Below are positions 35,533 to 49,387 of a stretch of DNA of 64,000 bases, piece after piece. Position numbers and translations under genes: made by a program. The notes under the pieces were generated by a model. The model was given only the letters and a program-made list of their open reading frames with translations. It had not been told where the DNA came from and ran no database searches. Source of the stretch: Lama glama (taxonomy: Eukaryota); the NCBI GenBank assembly GCA_028534125.1, contig CM052816.1, positions 61,816,001 to 61,880,000 on the forward strand. Direction: 5' to 3'. Position 1 is the first letter of the stretch. Each line of letters opens with the position of its first letter.

Positions 35533-38394
35533 AAAAAATGTTGATTAAGATACACTATTGATTTCATGTTCCACCAGTGAGTTACTGGCTACAGTTTGAA
35601 AACCCCTGTTCTAACCTCTGACCTACTGTCTAGGCTTGCCTCTAGCTTAAGACTTAAGCTAACAGGATAAAAAGGTTTTGAGAGACTCACAAGTGGCCCA
35701 GAGCAGCAGGGTAAAGATGAAGTAACAAAGGTAGTGAAGCTGCCTGGAAACCCCATGATCCCTGAGCACTTAGCAGAACTAGCAAGATGGAGAGAATTCA
35801 GATTGGAGATTTTTGACTAAATCTTTTCTGATTTGACACAATTGATCATGGAATACAGAATGTTATTCAGGATGGTCAACTGGTAATGTTCAGAATGATA
35901 GTTATCCCTCGAGACACAGTGATACGTTTTGTGAGGCTCTCTCCAAAGTCCTTTTCTGAATCCAAAAAAACTTCACGTGTAATGTCAGATTTCTTTCCAC
36001 AAAGAGAGGAAGCCCATAGGGAATATTTCTGTCTGATACTTCTTTTCCTGCTTTCTAGAAGACCATCATTATGATAGGTGAAATGAAACTTTCCATGCTG
36101 CATAACATTTTCTTAAAGTGAAGCTTATCCAGTTCTGTTAATAACTGGTGAAACAGTACAGATGATAACAGATTGCAGACATACTGCTTATATTCTGATT
36201 AGGCTTTTAGCTTATTAAAAATGATGTTTATATAAAGATCTTGTACAAGCACTTAATTATTAACTATTTTGTCAATGAAAACCAGAAAACATGAGTTCTT
36301 ATCCAAGTGACTCAAGTATTATCGGACAGATGCTGATACATGCTTGGGCAAGAGTCACTCCCAGCACTAAGGTACAGCTAAATTAGACTAGACTTTAGGC
36401 AAGAGCACAGGCTAACATGGGAGCAATGAGAATGCTGCTAACCCCTCTTTAGTGCCCGAAACATGTGGATACACCCTCTCATCCTTCATGTTACCAACAG
36501 CTTTATCTGATGGAACAGTGTTGACAGAGCTTGAGCTGGTGCCAGCCCTCCTGATGAGGAACAAGGTGGAACAGCTGCTGGCTGGAGGGAATGTTTCCTT
36601 TTTTGGAAGTAGCAGTAAGATGATATATGAAAATATGGTTGAAACGGACTATCACAGATTGCTGATAGAAGAAATGTTCTTAGTTTTTAGACAACAAAGG
36701 ATCAAAGAAAGTCAAATAAATGGCCAACATATACAAAAAGGCATCCAAACATTGACATGGAAAATATAAATCTGAAGGAAATAATAATTGGCCACATAGA
36801 TACCAGTACTAGCAATTGAACTGAGTTCTACTCGATGCAAGATTACGTTTGGTCCTTTTACACCAGCAGATTAAGCTTGAAAAGAATAGTAAAGACAAGA
36901 ATGCTAAAGTCCTAGTCAGGTGGGAAGCTTGACTATCACCACGTCAGTCAAATCACACAGACCTGTGATGCCAATATAAAAACCAGATGGAAAAGAAACT
37001 GCTTGTCTAATTTCAGGAAAGAAGTAAAACCTGAAACAGGTAACTTTTATAACTGTAAAAGCTAAGAAGGGCAAATGGAAACAGTAGTTTCATTAATAAG
37101 CATCTTTCTTAAACTCAGCAAAGATGTATTCATTCTCAAGTCTGAGACCAATAGAACCCAACTGCTTTCATCTGCTCCTTTCATCTCATGTGAGAACAAA
37201 AGTTACTGTGTCTTCTTAATAGTAAACACGAATGGACTCTATTCTTCACAAGTTTTGTGAATCTGAACATCTGTTTAACCAAGATGCAATGATGAATAAT
37301 GTCCCTAATGTCCACCAAAAGGAGCTACAAAATTCCTAAATGCATCTTGAAATGTCAAAGAGGGAATAAATCCCGTTTGGAATAGCTTTAGTGTTAGATA
37401 TTTTATTATATGCAGTTACTGTATCTCATGCATTATATAATGTGTACACATTTATGGTACGTGTCTATGTATCTATACATAGCTAGGATACTAGTAGCTC
37501 AGCATACCTGAATATTTTAAATAATTCCTTCTTGGTGGAAGAGTTTACAAATATCTTCTTCTCTGCTATGTAACAAAAAAAGGTGACAATTATGCCTGCT
37601 CACCCTACTTGACTGATTAAAAATAACAATTTTATTTAGTATTTGGGATATTTTGGCTGTTGCTCTGGCTTGAATAGTTGCTGGAAGAGATGATTATGGG
37701 TGGGGAAGAGAAAGGAATGATGTGTGCAAAATATGAAGGAATCTGATGGCAAAGGATACTCTACATCCCACTGTGTAAAAAGTACACACTGGCAGTAAAT
37801 AAGATATCAGTACCTAATGTATAAATTATTACAAATGTACTTTAATCCAAAATACAGAAAAGAATAGACTTATATTAAATATTCAGTGTTTTCTTTTCTT
37901 TTTTTTTTCATTTTGAGACAACAGGCAAAGAAAAAGGCAGACTCATAATCACTTTTCTGGAGGTGAAGGCTTTCTTGGTTCACATGAAGGACTACACAGT
38001 TTTTCACAAAATACTGTCCTAGATACTGTGACCTCTATGGAAAGAGGACTGCAGCTGTTCTCAGGCAATTTAGGTCCTACCAGCATGTTGTTCTTGGGTA
38101 AAAATCAATGACCTTATCTCAGCCACAATTTCCTTGTGCAAAATACCATCTAAATACCATCCTACCCTCCTCATGGGTCCTTGTAAGAAAGAAATGAGGG
38201 AGAGGAGAAAGGGAAAGAGGCAATAGGTTATTCACAAGTATGGGCTTATGTTACACAGTTGATTGCCCAAGTAATAATTAATTCTTTTACCTTCTTTTTC
38301 ACAAACAAAATCCAGACTTGCTTTGGGCCACAGGATGCCCAGACAAATTAGAGGACAAATCATGACTGTTTTACACCAGTTAGTTCATCTTTCA

Positions 38395-39750
38395 TCTTTC
38401 ATTTCACTCAGTTTCCAAATATCTTTTTTTTGAATACCTACCACATACTAAACATTGTTTAAAGTGTTAGGGAAACAATAATAAAGAAAACAGACAAAAA
38501 TTCTGGTAGGGAAGACAGAAATCAATAAATAGATAATACAGAGAAGAATGAAGTAAGGAAGGGACAATTAGGGAGTGCCAAGCAGAGGTGGTCAAAGAAG
38601 GTCTCAATGAGAATAAGACCTGATCGGTAAGGGAACGAGTCACATGATCTCCAGAGGAGCTGCAGTCCAGACAGGGGGTGAGCACATACACTGGCCCTGA
38701 GGCAGGGAGCACGCCAAGCATGTACTCAGATCAACAAAGAGGCTGCTGTGCCTAGAACAGAGTGAATGAAAGGGAGCTACAAGCACGTGGTGGGGGCACA
38801 GATTATATACACCCTTGTAGACAAACACTGGGACTCTGGCTTTTAGGAGACCCACTGGTAGGATGAAGAGAGAGAAGTGACAAGATCTGACTTATATTTT
38901 TAAAGGACCATTCTAGCTACTATGTTGATAGCAGACTTTCCCAGGCCACAGGCAGAAACAGAGATCAGTTAGGAGACAACTGCCCTAATCTAGGTGGGAG
39001 ACAATTATGGCTCCCACCGGAGTAGTAACATTCGAAGCAGTCAGATTATATACCCTGGATTTCCTGAATGAGAGGTATTAAAAAACAAGAGAAGTCAAGG
39101 ATGACTCTAAAACTAACCGAGAAAGTAAGATTTCAAGAGGAGCAGGTTTGGGAGATAAGATCAGTAGTTCAATTTGGGACATGTTAAATTTAAGATGTCT
39201 ACTAAATATGTTGCAGATTTTTAGCACCTAGAGTGATAATGACATCCATGAGACTAAAAGACACCATGAAAGAAGTAAGTGCAGTAAAAGAGAAAAGAAA
39301 AAAGAGGCTAAGTAAAGAAGGTGACCGAAAGAAGAGGAAGTGATAAACAGGGCAAAATGCTGATGACTGCTCACTTAAGAGGAGGACCACGCAGCTGACT
39401 TGTGAGGATGAAAATCTAATGAGCACATTTAAGAGGGATCGGGAGAGGAGAGGTTGGAGATGGTGAGCACATACTTCTTTCCTGGAGTTTTTCTGGAAAG
39501 AGAAACAGAGCTAACAAACAAGAGCTAAAGAAGAATGTGGGGACAAAGAATTTTTTTTTAACGGACAAAATACTACATATGTTCATGCTGATAATAAATG
39601 ATCCCATAAAGAGGGCACAGGAGAGAAAAAAGAGAACTGTTGGAGTGACATCAGCAAGGATCTGGTGCACAAGTGGAGGAGTTGCCAGGAACAAGCTCAT
39701 TCATAGTTCTAGGAGGACAGGAAAGCTGACGGCACAGGGGCAGGTGAGCT
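38395..39750 (-). mobile_element. Long L2 fragment
   Basis: Antisense L2 3' end near 38400, followed by GA-rich L2 body (gaagtgacaagatctgacttatattttt; gagaagtcaaggatgactc; ttgggacatgttaaatttaagatgtct). Confidence 0.75.
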
Positions 39751-39990
39751 GGTAGCTGTGGTAACAGTCTTCTTCTGGTTGCTTACCCTGAAGAAGCCCC
39801 ACTCCTCTTTGCCAGTGATTAGTCCTGTAGACCCAGATTTGGCCAATAATATGCAAAGGGAGGTCTGATAAGGGATTCTGGGAAAGAAAATGGTGTGGAC
39901 ATCTTATGACTGAGGGGAAATCTACAATGCATGTGCCAGTAACTGTGCCAATATGGGTAGAAGATAAGATCTATTAGGGCAGAAGTCTTT

Positions 39991-40082
39991 TTTCTGCCCC
40001 CTCAGGTTTATTGACAAAATTGTAAGATATTTAAAGTGTATATTGTGATGATTTGATATACGTATACATTGTGAAAAGATTC
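39991..40082 (-). mobile_element. Very short L1 3' end inserted in an L2 3' end
   Basis: L1MA-like terminus with an 11-bp TSD cagaagtcttt at 39980-39990 and 40083-40093. Confidence 0.75.
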
Positions 40083-41879
40083 CAGAAGTCTTTATTTTGT
40101 CATCTGGTGTATCCAAAATGTCCAAAGAGTGGCACACAGTACATGCCCCAAAGATATTTGTTGAGTAAATAAACTATGATCAAGATGGGCCATGTTTTTC
40201 AGAAACTCACAGTATAGTGATATACACCAGCAAATAAAGAGAGAGTCACACGCCCGTGCTCTAAGCGGTAAGATGGGGTAAGTACAGGACACTAAGAAGC
40301 CCCGGCCGATTTAGTTATAACCTTGACTCTTAAACACAATGAACTTTGCAGACTGTGAAAATAAGCTTGCCACTGTTTGAATGTTAATTATAAAATGTTT
40401 TGTCCTGTATCAATATTTTGATAATTTCCTCAATTTCTTTATAAAAATAAACAAAAAATAAATACATCTCAAATAATCCTTATATTTTTCCTTAGTAAGA
40501 CACAACGAGGGCCATGATCTAGGGTAACATTTGTTTTATTCATTAACTTCATTTTTCCCCTGTCTCCATCCTTTTTTTTTTTTTTTTTTGACCTAGGAGT
40601 ACAATCATACTGATGAAACATTTTACCACGGCCATCACCAGTTTTTATTGAAAAGCATACAGGATGCCCTGTTTTAAACATTTCAGAGCTTCAGTGTCTG
40701 CTTTTTTCTTTAGAAGAGTTATATTTCTATGTTCCATGCCAGCATGCTTTTTCCTCATTTCATTTTAGCAGATAAACCATTATCTTTTTCTTTGGGAATA
40801 ATTTTTGTATACCTGAGTACAATGAGTTCCTTTACTATATAACAGAAGATAAAGTATTTCCAATTTTATTATAGGCGCACACATGTGGCATTATATGCAC
40901 AGAAATAAAATTAAAGCTGAAGTGTCCAATGCTTGGAATAAAACCATATTTATGCTGCTGAAGGCAAGAAAAATTATTTAGTCTACAGTAACGAGTAAGT
41001 AGCAGCAAAACAAATATTTGGTTGACTGTGGAAAGCCAATGTTTTCATTACTTGTTATAAGCATAAAAGCTAAAAACAGGCTGACCAAGCACATTCTGAC
41101 AGCAAATAACACATGCTTTCATCAATTTCTGGGTGTCTATAAAACTGTGATGATCCCTAATTATGGATTTATATGTACTGAAGGTGTAACTGACTTTGCC
41201 TTAAATATATTATATGCTGTTATGCATATACATATATATTCATATTATCCATTTATTTTAAAAAGCTCTATTGCCAATTTTTTCTTTACTAATAGAAGAT
41301 ACAAAACTTCCTGCCCTTAAAAGTGCTTTTATCTAGTACAATATATTTAACATACTAACAAATTTGTTAATGAATTGTCTACACATGTAAATAATTGCTT
41401 TGATAATCTGCAAAATGGTTATAACTGAGTGCTTACTATGCTAAGAAGTCTGTAATTGGTGATTTTTATATTATTTAATATGTAATATCAAACTTATTTA
41501 TTTATACCTAGATCTTATAGATAAAGACAATGAGTCTTAGAAATGACTTGCCCATCCCCCAAATCAGAGTGAGTAATGAAGCCCACATATCTGAGAATTA
41601 CTTAAACTCATACTCCTGATAGTACAGCAGAGGGGCTAAAATGTCTCATAAATGTAAGATTTTGCATTTAGCAATGTAATTCCCAATACCAATTTAAAAA
41701 TTGAAATACAAATATACATTATTTCTATATTTATATACATATTTGTACAGAGTAAAAAAGAATAGAAGTATATACTGCAGTGGTTAGTTTGGAGTAAGAA
41801 TAAATGTGTTTTGTGTTTTATGACAAAAATTTTCTTTAATAAATATGTTAATTTTCAAATAATATATTTGCCTGAAGAA

Positions 41880-43250
41880 AAGAAATAACAGAGGAACAAG
41901 GATTCTCACTATTGGAGAACACAGTTACAGATACAGAAGGGGAAGACTAGAATGTACCCTGCGGTATGGGGCTGTAACAAGACTGTCAGCATATCTCCCA
42001 GCTCTGTCGGCTAAGAGAGCCTAGAAGCAATAGGAATGAGCACACCTAGCACTCAGAGCTTGATTTCTAAACACTATTCTCTACTTCAAGAAAGCAAAGC
42101 TCCTTAGAGAAAAGAATGATTTCAGGATGGGGTAAGGAAAATACAGTCATCCCTTGATTATCTTCAGGGGATTGGTTCTAGGACCCAAGGCCACCCCTTC
42201 CCCCACCAACCAAATCTCTAAATGTTCAAGTCTCTTATATAAAATGCCACAGTATTTGTGTATAACCTATGCACATTCTTAACTTTAAATCATCTCTAGA
42301 TTACTTATAATACCTAATACAATATAAATGCTACGTAAGTACAAAGTAAATGCTATGTAAATAGTTTCCAGAACACAGCAAATTCAAGTTTTGCTCTTTG
42401 GAACTTTCTGAAAATCTTCTTCTCTGACTATTTTTGAGCCACAGTTGGTTGAATCCACAGATATGGGGGGCCAACTGCATATTATGAGTCTAGAACATTT
42501 TATTAAATAAGATAAGGAAATGCTCAAGTATTAATGGGAAAATATCAAAAGAACACAGGAGCCAGCTTGAAGGGACTCCCATTGACCAAATAAAAATATT
42601 CATTTTGAGCATCAAAATAAATAATGATAAAAACAGACTATATTGATATGCGTAAATAAATGGGACAGAAAGGAAAGCTCTTTTTAAAATAATGAAATAT
42701 AAACTATAAATATAAAAGGAATGATAGTTAGAAAATAATCAGTAGATACTAAAACTAATGGTTGAAAATCTGATGAGGAATGAGAATATTTACATAATCT
42801 TAAAAATATCTCCCTACAACTTAATTCAATGCATTGTCTTCGACTAGGGGCAAGAAAAAATGGGTCTAAAGAACATTATTTGGATGAAAGACAAAATAAG
42901 GATTTTGACTGTGAATCAGCTAACAGTATTATATCAATGTTAAATTTCCTGGCATTGGTAGTTGCACCTATTATAAAAGAGAAAAATCCTTGTTTTTAGG
43001 AAATACATACTTAAGTATTTAGAGGAAAGATCTGACATCACTAAGGTACAATCAAGTAGTTCAATAAAAAGATATTATGTGTAGATACATACACACACAT
43101 ACACACATTCATTCATTCATATATACATTCATAATACAGCACATGCAAATGTAACCAAATGTAAACCACTGGAAAACCAAGGTAGAAGATGTATAAAAGG
43201 TTTGATGTACTGTTCTCATTAACTTTTCTGTAAGTTTAAAATTTTCAAAA
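41880..43250 (+). mobile_element. L1MC/MD-like 3' region, interrupted by MER2
   Basis: Diagnostic text gcctagaagcaa...gagcacacctag; aagaacacaggagccagcttgaaggg; tatatcaatgttaaatttcctg. Confidence 0.7.
42144..42477 (+). mobile_element. MER2-type Tigger MITE
   Basis: Ends cagtcatccct / gggccaactg. Internal similarity to 25635-25995. Confidence 0.82.
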
Positions 43251-43402
43251 GAAGTAACCATCTCTTATGATTTGAATGCTGAGTCCCTGGGATCTTTGGA
43301 AAATGAGTTTTTCTAGGCTTTAAAAAAGAGATTTAGTTCTATTCAATATATATCCAGTGAGCAGCTCACCTCTCCATGCCAGGTCCTGCAGATCAACTAG
43401 AG

Positions 43403-43500
43403 CAGTGGGTCCGAGTGTGGTACCCAGATTGGACCTGCATGATCAGCTTCACCTGAAAACTTGATAGAAATATAGATTCTTCAGCTCTACCCCAGACCAT
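43403..43500. mobile_element. MER5A-like fragment
   Basis: cagtgggtccgagtgtggt...cacctgaaaacttgatagaaat..agattct...ccccagacc. Confidence 0.6.
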
Positions 43501-44028
43501 CTATGTTCTACTTATAGAATATAGGGCAGTTATAGGGAGTAAGATGGTAAACCACTGGAAAGCAAGATTATGGAGAATAGAGGTAGATGATTTTAAACTT
43601 AAATTAGTATACAAAAGATACTATAGAAGGTTTTTGAGCAGAGAAATAATATAATAATTATATGAAGAAGATCACTCTAGTAGAAGTGTATAGAATGGAT
43701 CACTTCTGGGAGATTTTAGAGGAAAAGATCACTTTAAGTTTTTTACAATAGTGCCAAGAAAGTTGTATTAAAAACCCGAACTAGCCTCGGGGACTAGAAC
43801 AGGGGAGATGAGAGATTCCACAATGCATGAGTATATAAGATCTGTTGATTAGCTGAATGTGGCATTCAGGCACAGGGTAAAGAATTGGGGTGAGGACGGG
43901 GAAGAGGTGAGAAGGAGACAAGAGCGATCAAAGGTTACTGAGATTTCACGCCTATATGGTTGATAGAAGAGTTTGGGTACAGATGAATTCAAGAAAACTT
44001 GCTATAGCTAGGCCTTTTAAAGGCCAAG

Positions 44029-44152
44029 GATCCCAGCCTTGTAATCCTATAAAAGCATGCTCTTCTAAACAGTGTCAAGTAAAGGAGCAGTGATTCCAGC
44101 CTTATGATTCTATAAAGCATGTTCCTCTAAACAGTGTCATGTAAGGAAGTGG
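44029..44152. repeat. Two-copy tandem duplication with a unit of about 63 bp
   Basis: gatcccagccttgtaatcctataaaagcatgctcttctaaacagtgtcaagtaa versus gattccagccttatgattctataaagcatgttcctctaaacagtgtcatgtaa. Confidence 0.9.
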
Positions 44153-44259
44153 TTTTCAGACTTGCAGATTTTAGAGATCTGTAAACATTCCAAACAAACT
44201 TAAATGGATGAGTTGCTTTTTTAATTTTATAAATTAAGAACTTTAAAAAACACTTCTAT

Positions 44260-45140
44260 TAGCTGTTGAGAATATAAATTGGTAAAACCACTTCAGAGAA
44301 AGATGTCAATATCTAGAGAAGCTGAAAGTGTTCATACTCCACAGAACATGGCTTATGTATTATGTGTTTGCTAAGAACATACATCATTTGAATAAGGGCT
44401 CTGACACTTCCTACCTGCTGGATTTTCGACAATTTTACCCAGTCATTCTATACTTCAGCTTCTTCAACTGTAAAATGTGGATAATAGTGTCTACTTACTG
44501 TTTTGATGATTAAATAAATTAATACATATAAGGCACTTAGAACAGTTTCTGGTACCTAGCTGTGGTAAATATAAATATTACCTGTCATTATGATCATCAT
44601 GATGATGAGAACCGAGACCCAGCAATTTCATTTCAAGACATAATCTAAAGAAACTCCTGTTTACGTGCACAGGAAAGGTACAAGGATGTTTTCCGTAAAA
44701 TGTTTAAAATAGAAAATATATGGAAAGAACCTCAAAGTCCATGAACAGGTATAAGTATTGAGTGAGTATATCATTTTAAAAGAATAAAGATGTAGTATTT
44801 TTTAAGAAAATAGACAAGTGTGGAAAGCATAATGTTAAGTGGAAATAAACCATTTGATAACACTTATTTTAAGTTGCACACTAACAATATTATTTTTAAT
44901 GGCTACATACACATTGTAAAAGAATAAAAACATACACAAGAAGGAAACAAATTTACTTCTGGGCAGTGGATACTTTTGGGGAGTGACAGAAATGAAACTG
45001 GAGAGTATACACAAGACTTAAATGGTATCTGTAAAGTTCACATTAAAAAAAACTACAACAAATATGAAAAAAACACTATTCGTCAGATAAAAAAGGTTAA
45101 ATCCCTGTACTTTTCTGTATGTTTAAAATATTTCAAAAAG
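44260..45140 (+). mobile_element. Ancient L1ME-like 3' fragment split by a MIR (about 44370-44590)
   Basis: L1 text gagaatataaattggtaaaaccact...gacccagcaatttca flanks the MIR core ctgtaaaatgtggataatag...cacttagaacagt. Confidence 0.6.
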
Positions 45141-45289
45141 TAAAAAAGGGAAAAAAACAAAGAAAAAAACAACAGTCCATCAATTTGAATAATTTTTTAA
45201 AACTTACTACATTTTAATGAAATGTAGAATTAGAAAAGTTGAACAATATGAAAATACGTTTTCAATGCAAAAATCAATTTTTAACATTA

Positions 45290-48200
45290 TGCCACAAGTT
45301 TTATTATTTTCTCTCCCTTTGCACATACACATATATATTTTTTCTCAACCACTGGAAAGTAGTTTGCCACACATCATGGTCCGTTAGTCCTTAATACTTC
45401 AGTTTGTACTTAAGAACAAGGATAATGTCTTACACTGTAACTCTAGAATGGTTATCAAATTCAAAAAATGTAATATTGATGCAATACTTTAATATACCAT
45501 CCATATTCCAATTTTGTCAAGTGCCCCGTTGAGGTCCTTTTCAGCATTTTTTTCCCTTTGTTCCAAGGGCCAGTTCAAGATCATGTATTGCATTTTGTTG
45601 TACTGTATCTTTAATCTCAGCCTTTCTTTGTATTTCAAAACATGGACTTTTTTTTTTTTTTGAAGGAACAAGGAAGTTGTTTGGGGTTGTCTGATGCTCC
45701 CTTATGATTAGAATTCAGGTTATGCATGCCTGACTAGAACACCATACACATGATTTTGTGTCCTTATCAGCGTATTAGGAGCTATGTGGTGCCCCTCATT
45801 GCTGATATTAATTCTGATCAGTATGTCAAGGTGTTAACCTAGTTTCTCTACTCTAGAGAGAGAGATACTGTATATAGTTTCAAACTGCAACTAATAAGCA
45901 ATCAGTGGGCAGACACTTTAAGATCATGCAAATATACTGCTCTTCATCAAATATTCCCCCTAGATTTAGTATCCACTGAAAATTTTTCACCAAACCAACC
46001 TTTACTGGGCAAATAGTAGTTTTCCAATTCTATCACTCCTTCTACATTTAGTGGTTGCTATCTTACTATAAGGAGGAGACTTCCCTTCTCTCCTAAGTAT
46101 TCATTTATTCACTTGTAGCATTATGAACATTATTTTTCCTAATGGTTTAAATTTCATTACAGTTCTAGATTACTATTTTTTGCAATTTTTATTGAGATAA
46201 AATTCACATAAAATTCACCACTTTTAAGTATATAAGTCAGTGATTTTTAGTACAATCACAATATTGTACTACCATCAGCACTATATTAACCCACAACACT
46301 TCTATCACCCCAAAAAGAAATGGTACCTGTTAGCAGAAACACCCTCAGCAGTAAGCCACAATTTTCACAGCCCCTGCAGCTCCTGGCAACCACTCATCTC
46401 TCTGTCTCTATGGGTTTGCCTATTCTGCACATTCTCTAACAATGGAATCACATACTATGTGACCTTTGTGTCTGGCTTCTTTCATTTATCACAATGTTTT
46501 CAAGATTAATCGATGTTGTAGCATAAATCAGTACTTCATTCCTTTTAATGACTGAATTACATTTCTTTATATGGATACACCACATTTTTGTTAGGTTGTT
46601 TTGTCTGAGTTGTTCCCACTTTTCAGCTATTATGAATAATGTTGTAAACAACTGTGTACAGTTTTTGTGTTCTTGACCTGTACATCATCAATTATTTGAA
46701 GTTCAAGTTATCCCAGATTTGAAATGGGAGTGTGGGAGGAGCCTTTCAAGATGCTTTCTATGACCTCTTGATACTTGTTTGCTTAACAGGTGTTCCAGTC
46801 TTGGAAATACTCCATTTCTCTAAAGAGCCCTGGTTCCTTTCAGTGGGAAATAATATAGCAGAACTATACACAATAGTCAAGACAGGGAAGCAACCTAAAT
46901 GTCCATCGACAGATGAATAGATAAAAAAGTTGTAGTATATTTATACAATGGAATACTACTCAGCCATAAAAAGAATAAAATAACACCATTTGCAGCAACA
47001 TGGGTGGACCTGGAGATCAACATTCTAAGTGAGGTAAGCCAGAAAGAGAAAGAAAAATACCATATGATATCACTTACACATGGAATCTTAAAAAAAAAGA
47101 AAGAAAAAAGAGGACACTAATGAATTCATCTACAAAACAGAAACAGACTCGCAGACATAGTAAACTATCTTATGGTCACCAGGGAAAAGGGGGTGGAAAG
47201 GGATAAATCTGGGAGTTTGAGATTTGCAAATGTCAACCACTATATATAAAAGCAGATAAAACACAAATTTCTTCTGTATACCACAGGGAACTATATTCAA
47301 TATATTGTAATAACCTTTAATGAAAAAGGATATAAAATGAATACACACACACGACTGGGACATTATGCTGCATATCAGAAACTGACACATTGTAACTGAC
47401 TATATTTCAATGAAATTGAAAAAAAATTATCAAATGCCAAACCCCACACCCCTCACCAAAAAACCAAAAACCAGTATCTGGGTGCCAGGTGTACTCATCG
47501 CTATTAATTCTTTGCTTTTAGGCCGTTTTAGCAGAGGTAGGAAATATCTATCTATCTGTCTATCTACCTACCTATCTACCTACCTACCTACACATACATA
47601 CATACATATACATACACACACATATGTAATATATTAATATATATATTAAATTCCATATATATATAATTATGAGTTCATGCAAATCCAATCCCTCCCCAAA
47701 AGTTTTTCTTTGTCTTCCCTCATTCCATATTTTTATTCCTATCTTCTATAATGAGAATTCTGGCTCTCAACAACATCAACATATGTATTCCCTTACTAAA
47801 TGTCATTCATAAATACGAAAGTTTTATAATTAGTATGTCAATAGTACAACAAAAATAAAAACCTACTAAGAAGAGTTCAAAATTTGTTTACTATTCTTGT
47901 TTCCCACCTAGACCAAAGATAGTATGATCAAAATACTAAGTTTAAAGTTTGAATTAATTTTCTCTTTCTTTCACTTCTCATCAGTGTAATGTTATTCATT
48001 TGACAGATATTTGGGTTTGTTTGTTTACATTGGTTTTAGTTTCTTTTTTCTTCCCATGCTTGTTGGACTTAATTTAATTAAAAAATATATAGAACACGAA
48101 TGCATTTCCCAAAGTCAAAACCACACCAAAAGATAAACTCAGAGCGGTGTTATTGCCTCCCCATCACTTCTACCCATTCTCTCTCTCCTACTCCTTACAA

Positions 48201-48310
48201 ATAACCAACGTCACTATTTTCTAATCTTTCTGACGTTTCTTTTTGCAAAAGTAAGGATGTACGCGTGTGTATTCTTACTTATTCATTTTCCCTTACATAA
48301 AAGACTACAT
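45290..48310 (-). mobile_element. Old antisense L1MC-like 3' region with nested L1MB-like 3' end (about 46185-46670) and a younger plus-strand L1
   Basis: T-rich antisense L1 3' UTR text that resumes after the insertions (agagccctggttcctttcagtggg...atctgggtgccagg). Confidence 0.65.
46857..47426 (+). mobile_element. 5'-truncated L1 (intermediate-age lineage family), ORF2 end plus 3' UTR
   Basis: agcaacctaaatgtccatcgacagatgaa...cagggaactatattcaata...cattgtaactgacta followed by an A tail. Confidence 0.9.
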
Positions 48311-48665
48311 ATAGATGGTCCCTAGGAAGGAGGTAGTAAATTGTGAGTTCTTCTCTGCCTTTATTTGAAGCAGTCCCCTGATAATGCCTTTTCCAATATG
48401 AGCCTTGCAACATAGAGATTGCTAATAACAACTGAAAACAAGCAGTACTGTCATTACCTAATATTATCTTGTACATTTAGACTTTTAAATGTTTGTTTTT
48501 GCTATGGAAGAGTAAAAAATGTATTTCAGAGAAGTAACAGAGATCCCTAAGTTATAACTCTGAAGAGGCAATGGTGCTAAGAAAAAGACTCAAGTTCCTC
48601 AGGGGTCTATGGGAACAAAGAGGCAGTGAGTATGGGTGACTTCTGTCTTTCAAAAGGACAATTTT

Positions 48666-48889
48666 TGCAGCCACTATGGAAAACAGTATGGGGGTTCCTT
48701 AAAAAACTAAACATAGAGCTGTCATATGATCCAGCAATCCCACTCCTGGGCATATATCTGGAAAAATGAAAACTCTAATTTGAAAAAGTCATATGCACCC
48801 CAATGTTCACAGCAGCATTGTTTACAATAGTCAAGACATGGAAATAAACTAAGTGCCCATCAACAGGTGACTGGCTTAAGAAGATGTAG

Positions 48890-48937
<48 letters not shown>

Positions 48938-49387
48938 ATGGAATATTTTCAGCCATAAAAAAGAATGAAATATTGCCATTTGCAGCAACACGGATGGACT
49001 TAGAGAATATTATACTAAGTGAAGTAAGTCAGAGAAAGACAAATGTTATACGATATCACTTATATGTGGAAACTAAAAAATAATACAAACAAATCTATAC
49101 ACAGAACAGAAACAGACTAACAGACACAGAAAACAAACTTATGGTTACCAAAGGAGAAAGCAAGAAGAGAAGGGATAAATTAGGAGTTTGGGATTAACAG
49201 ATACATACTACTATACATAAAGCAGACCAGCAACAAGGATTTACTATTAAAGCACAGGCAACTATATTCAATATCTTGTAATAACCTACAATGGAAAAAT
49301 AACCTGAATATATATATACCTGAATCACATTGCTGTATACCTGAAACTAATATAATATTGTAAATCAACTGTACTTCAATTTTTAAA
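48666..49387 (+). mobile_element. 5'-truncated artiodactyl-type L1 with an internal (AT)n microsatellite
   Basis: ORF2 end and 3' UTR. Perfect 14-bp TSD aaaaggacaatttt at 48652-48665 and 49388-49401. (AT)n at about 48895-48931. Confidence 0.93.

Larger units (their letters stand above)
34465..35608. mobile_element. hAT-Charlie non-autonomous element hosting MADE2 and L1 insertions
   Basis: TIRs cagtgattttcaa / ttgaaaacccctg (11/13 match). Perfect 8-bp TSD ttctaacc at 34457-34464 and 35609-35616. Confidence 0.85.

Noticed and set aside
36452..36769. 105-aa plus-strand ORF
   Set aside because: GTG start, no recognisable domain, and no splice or promoter context.
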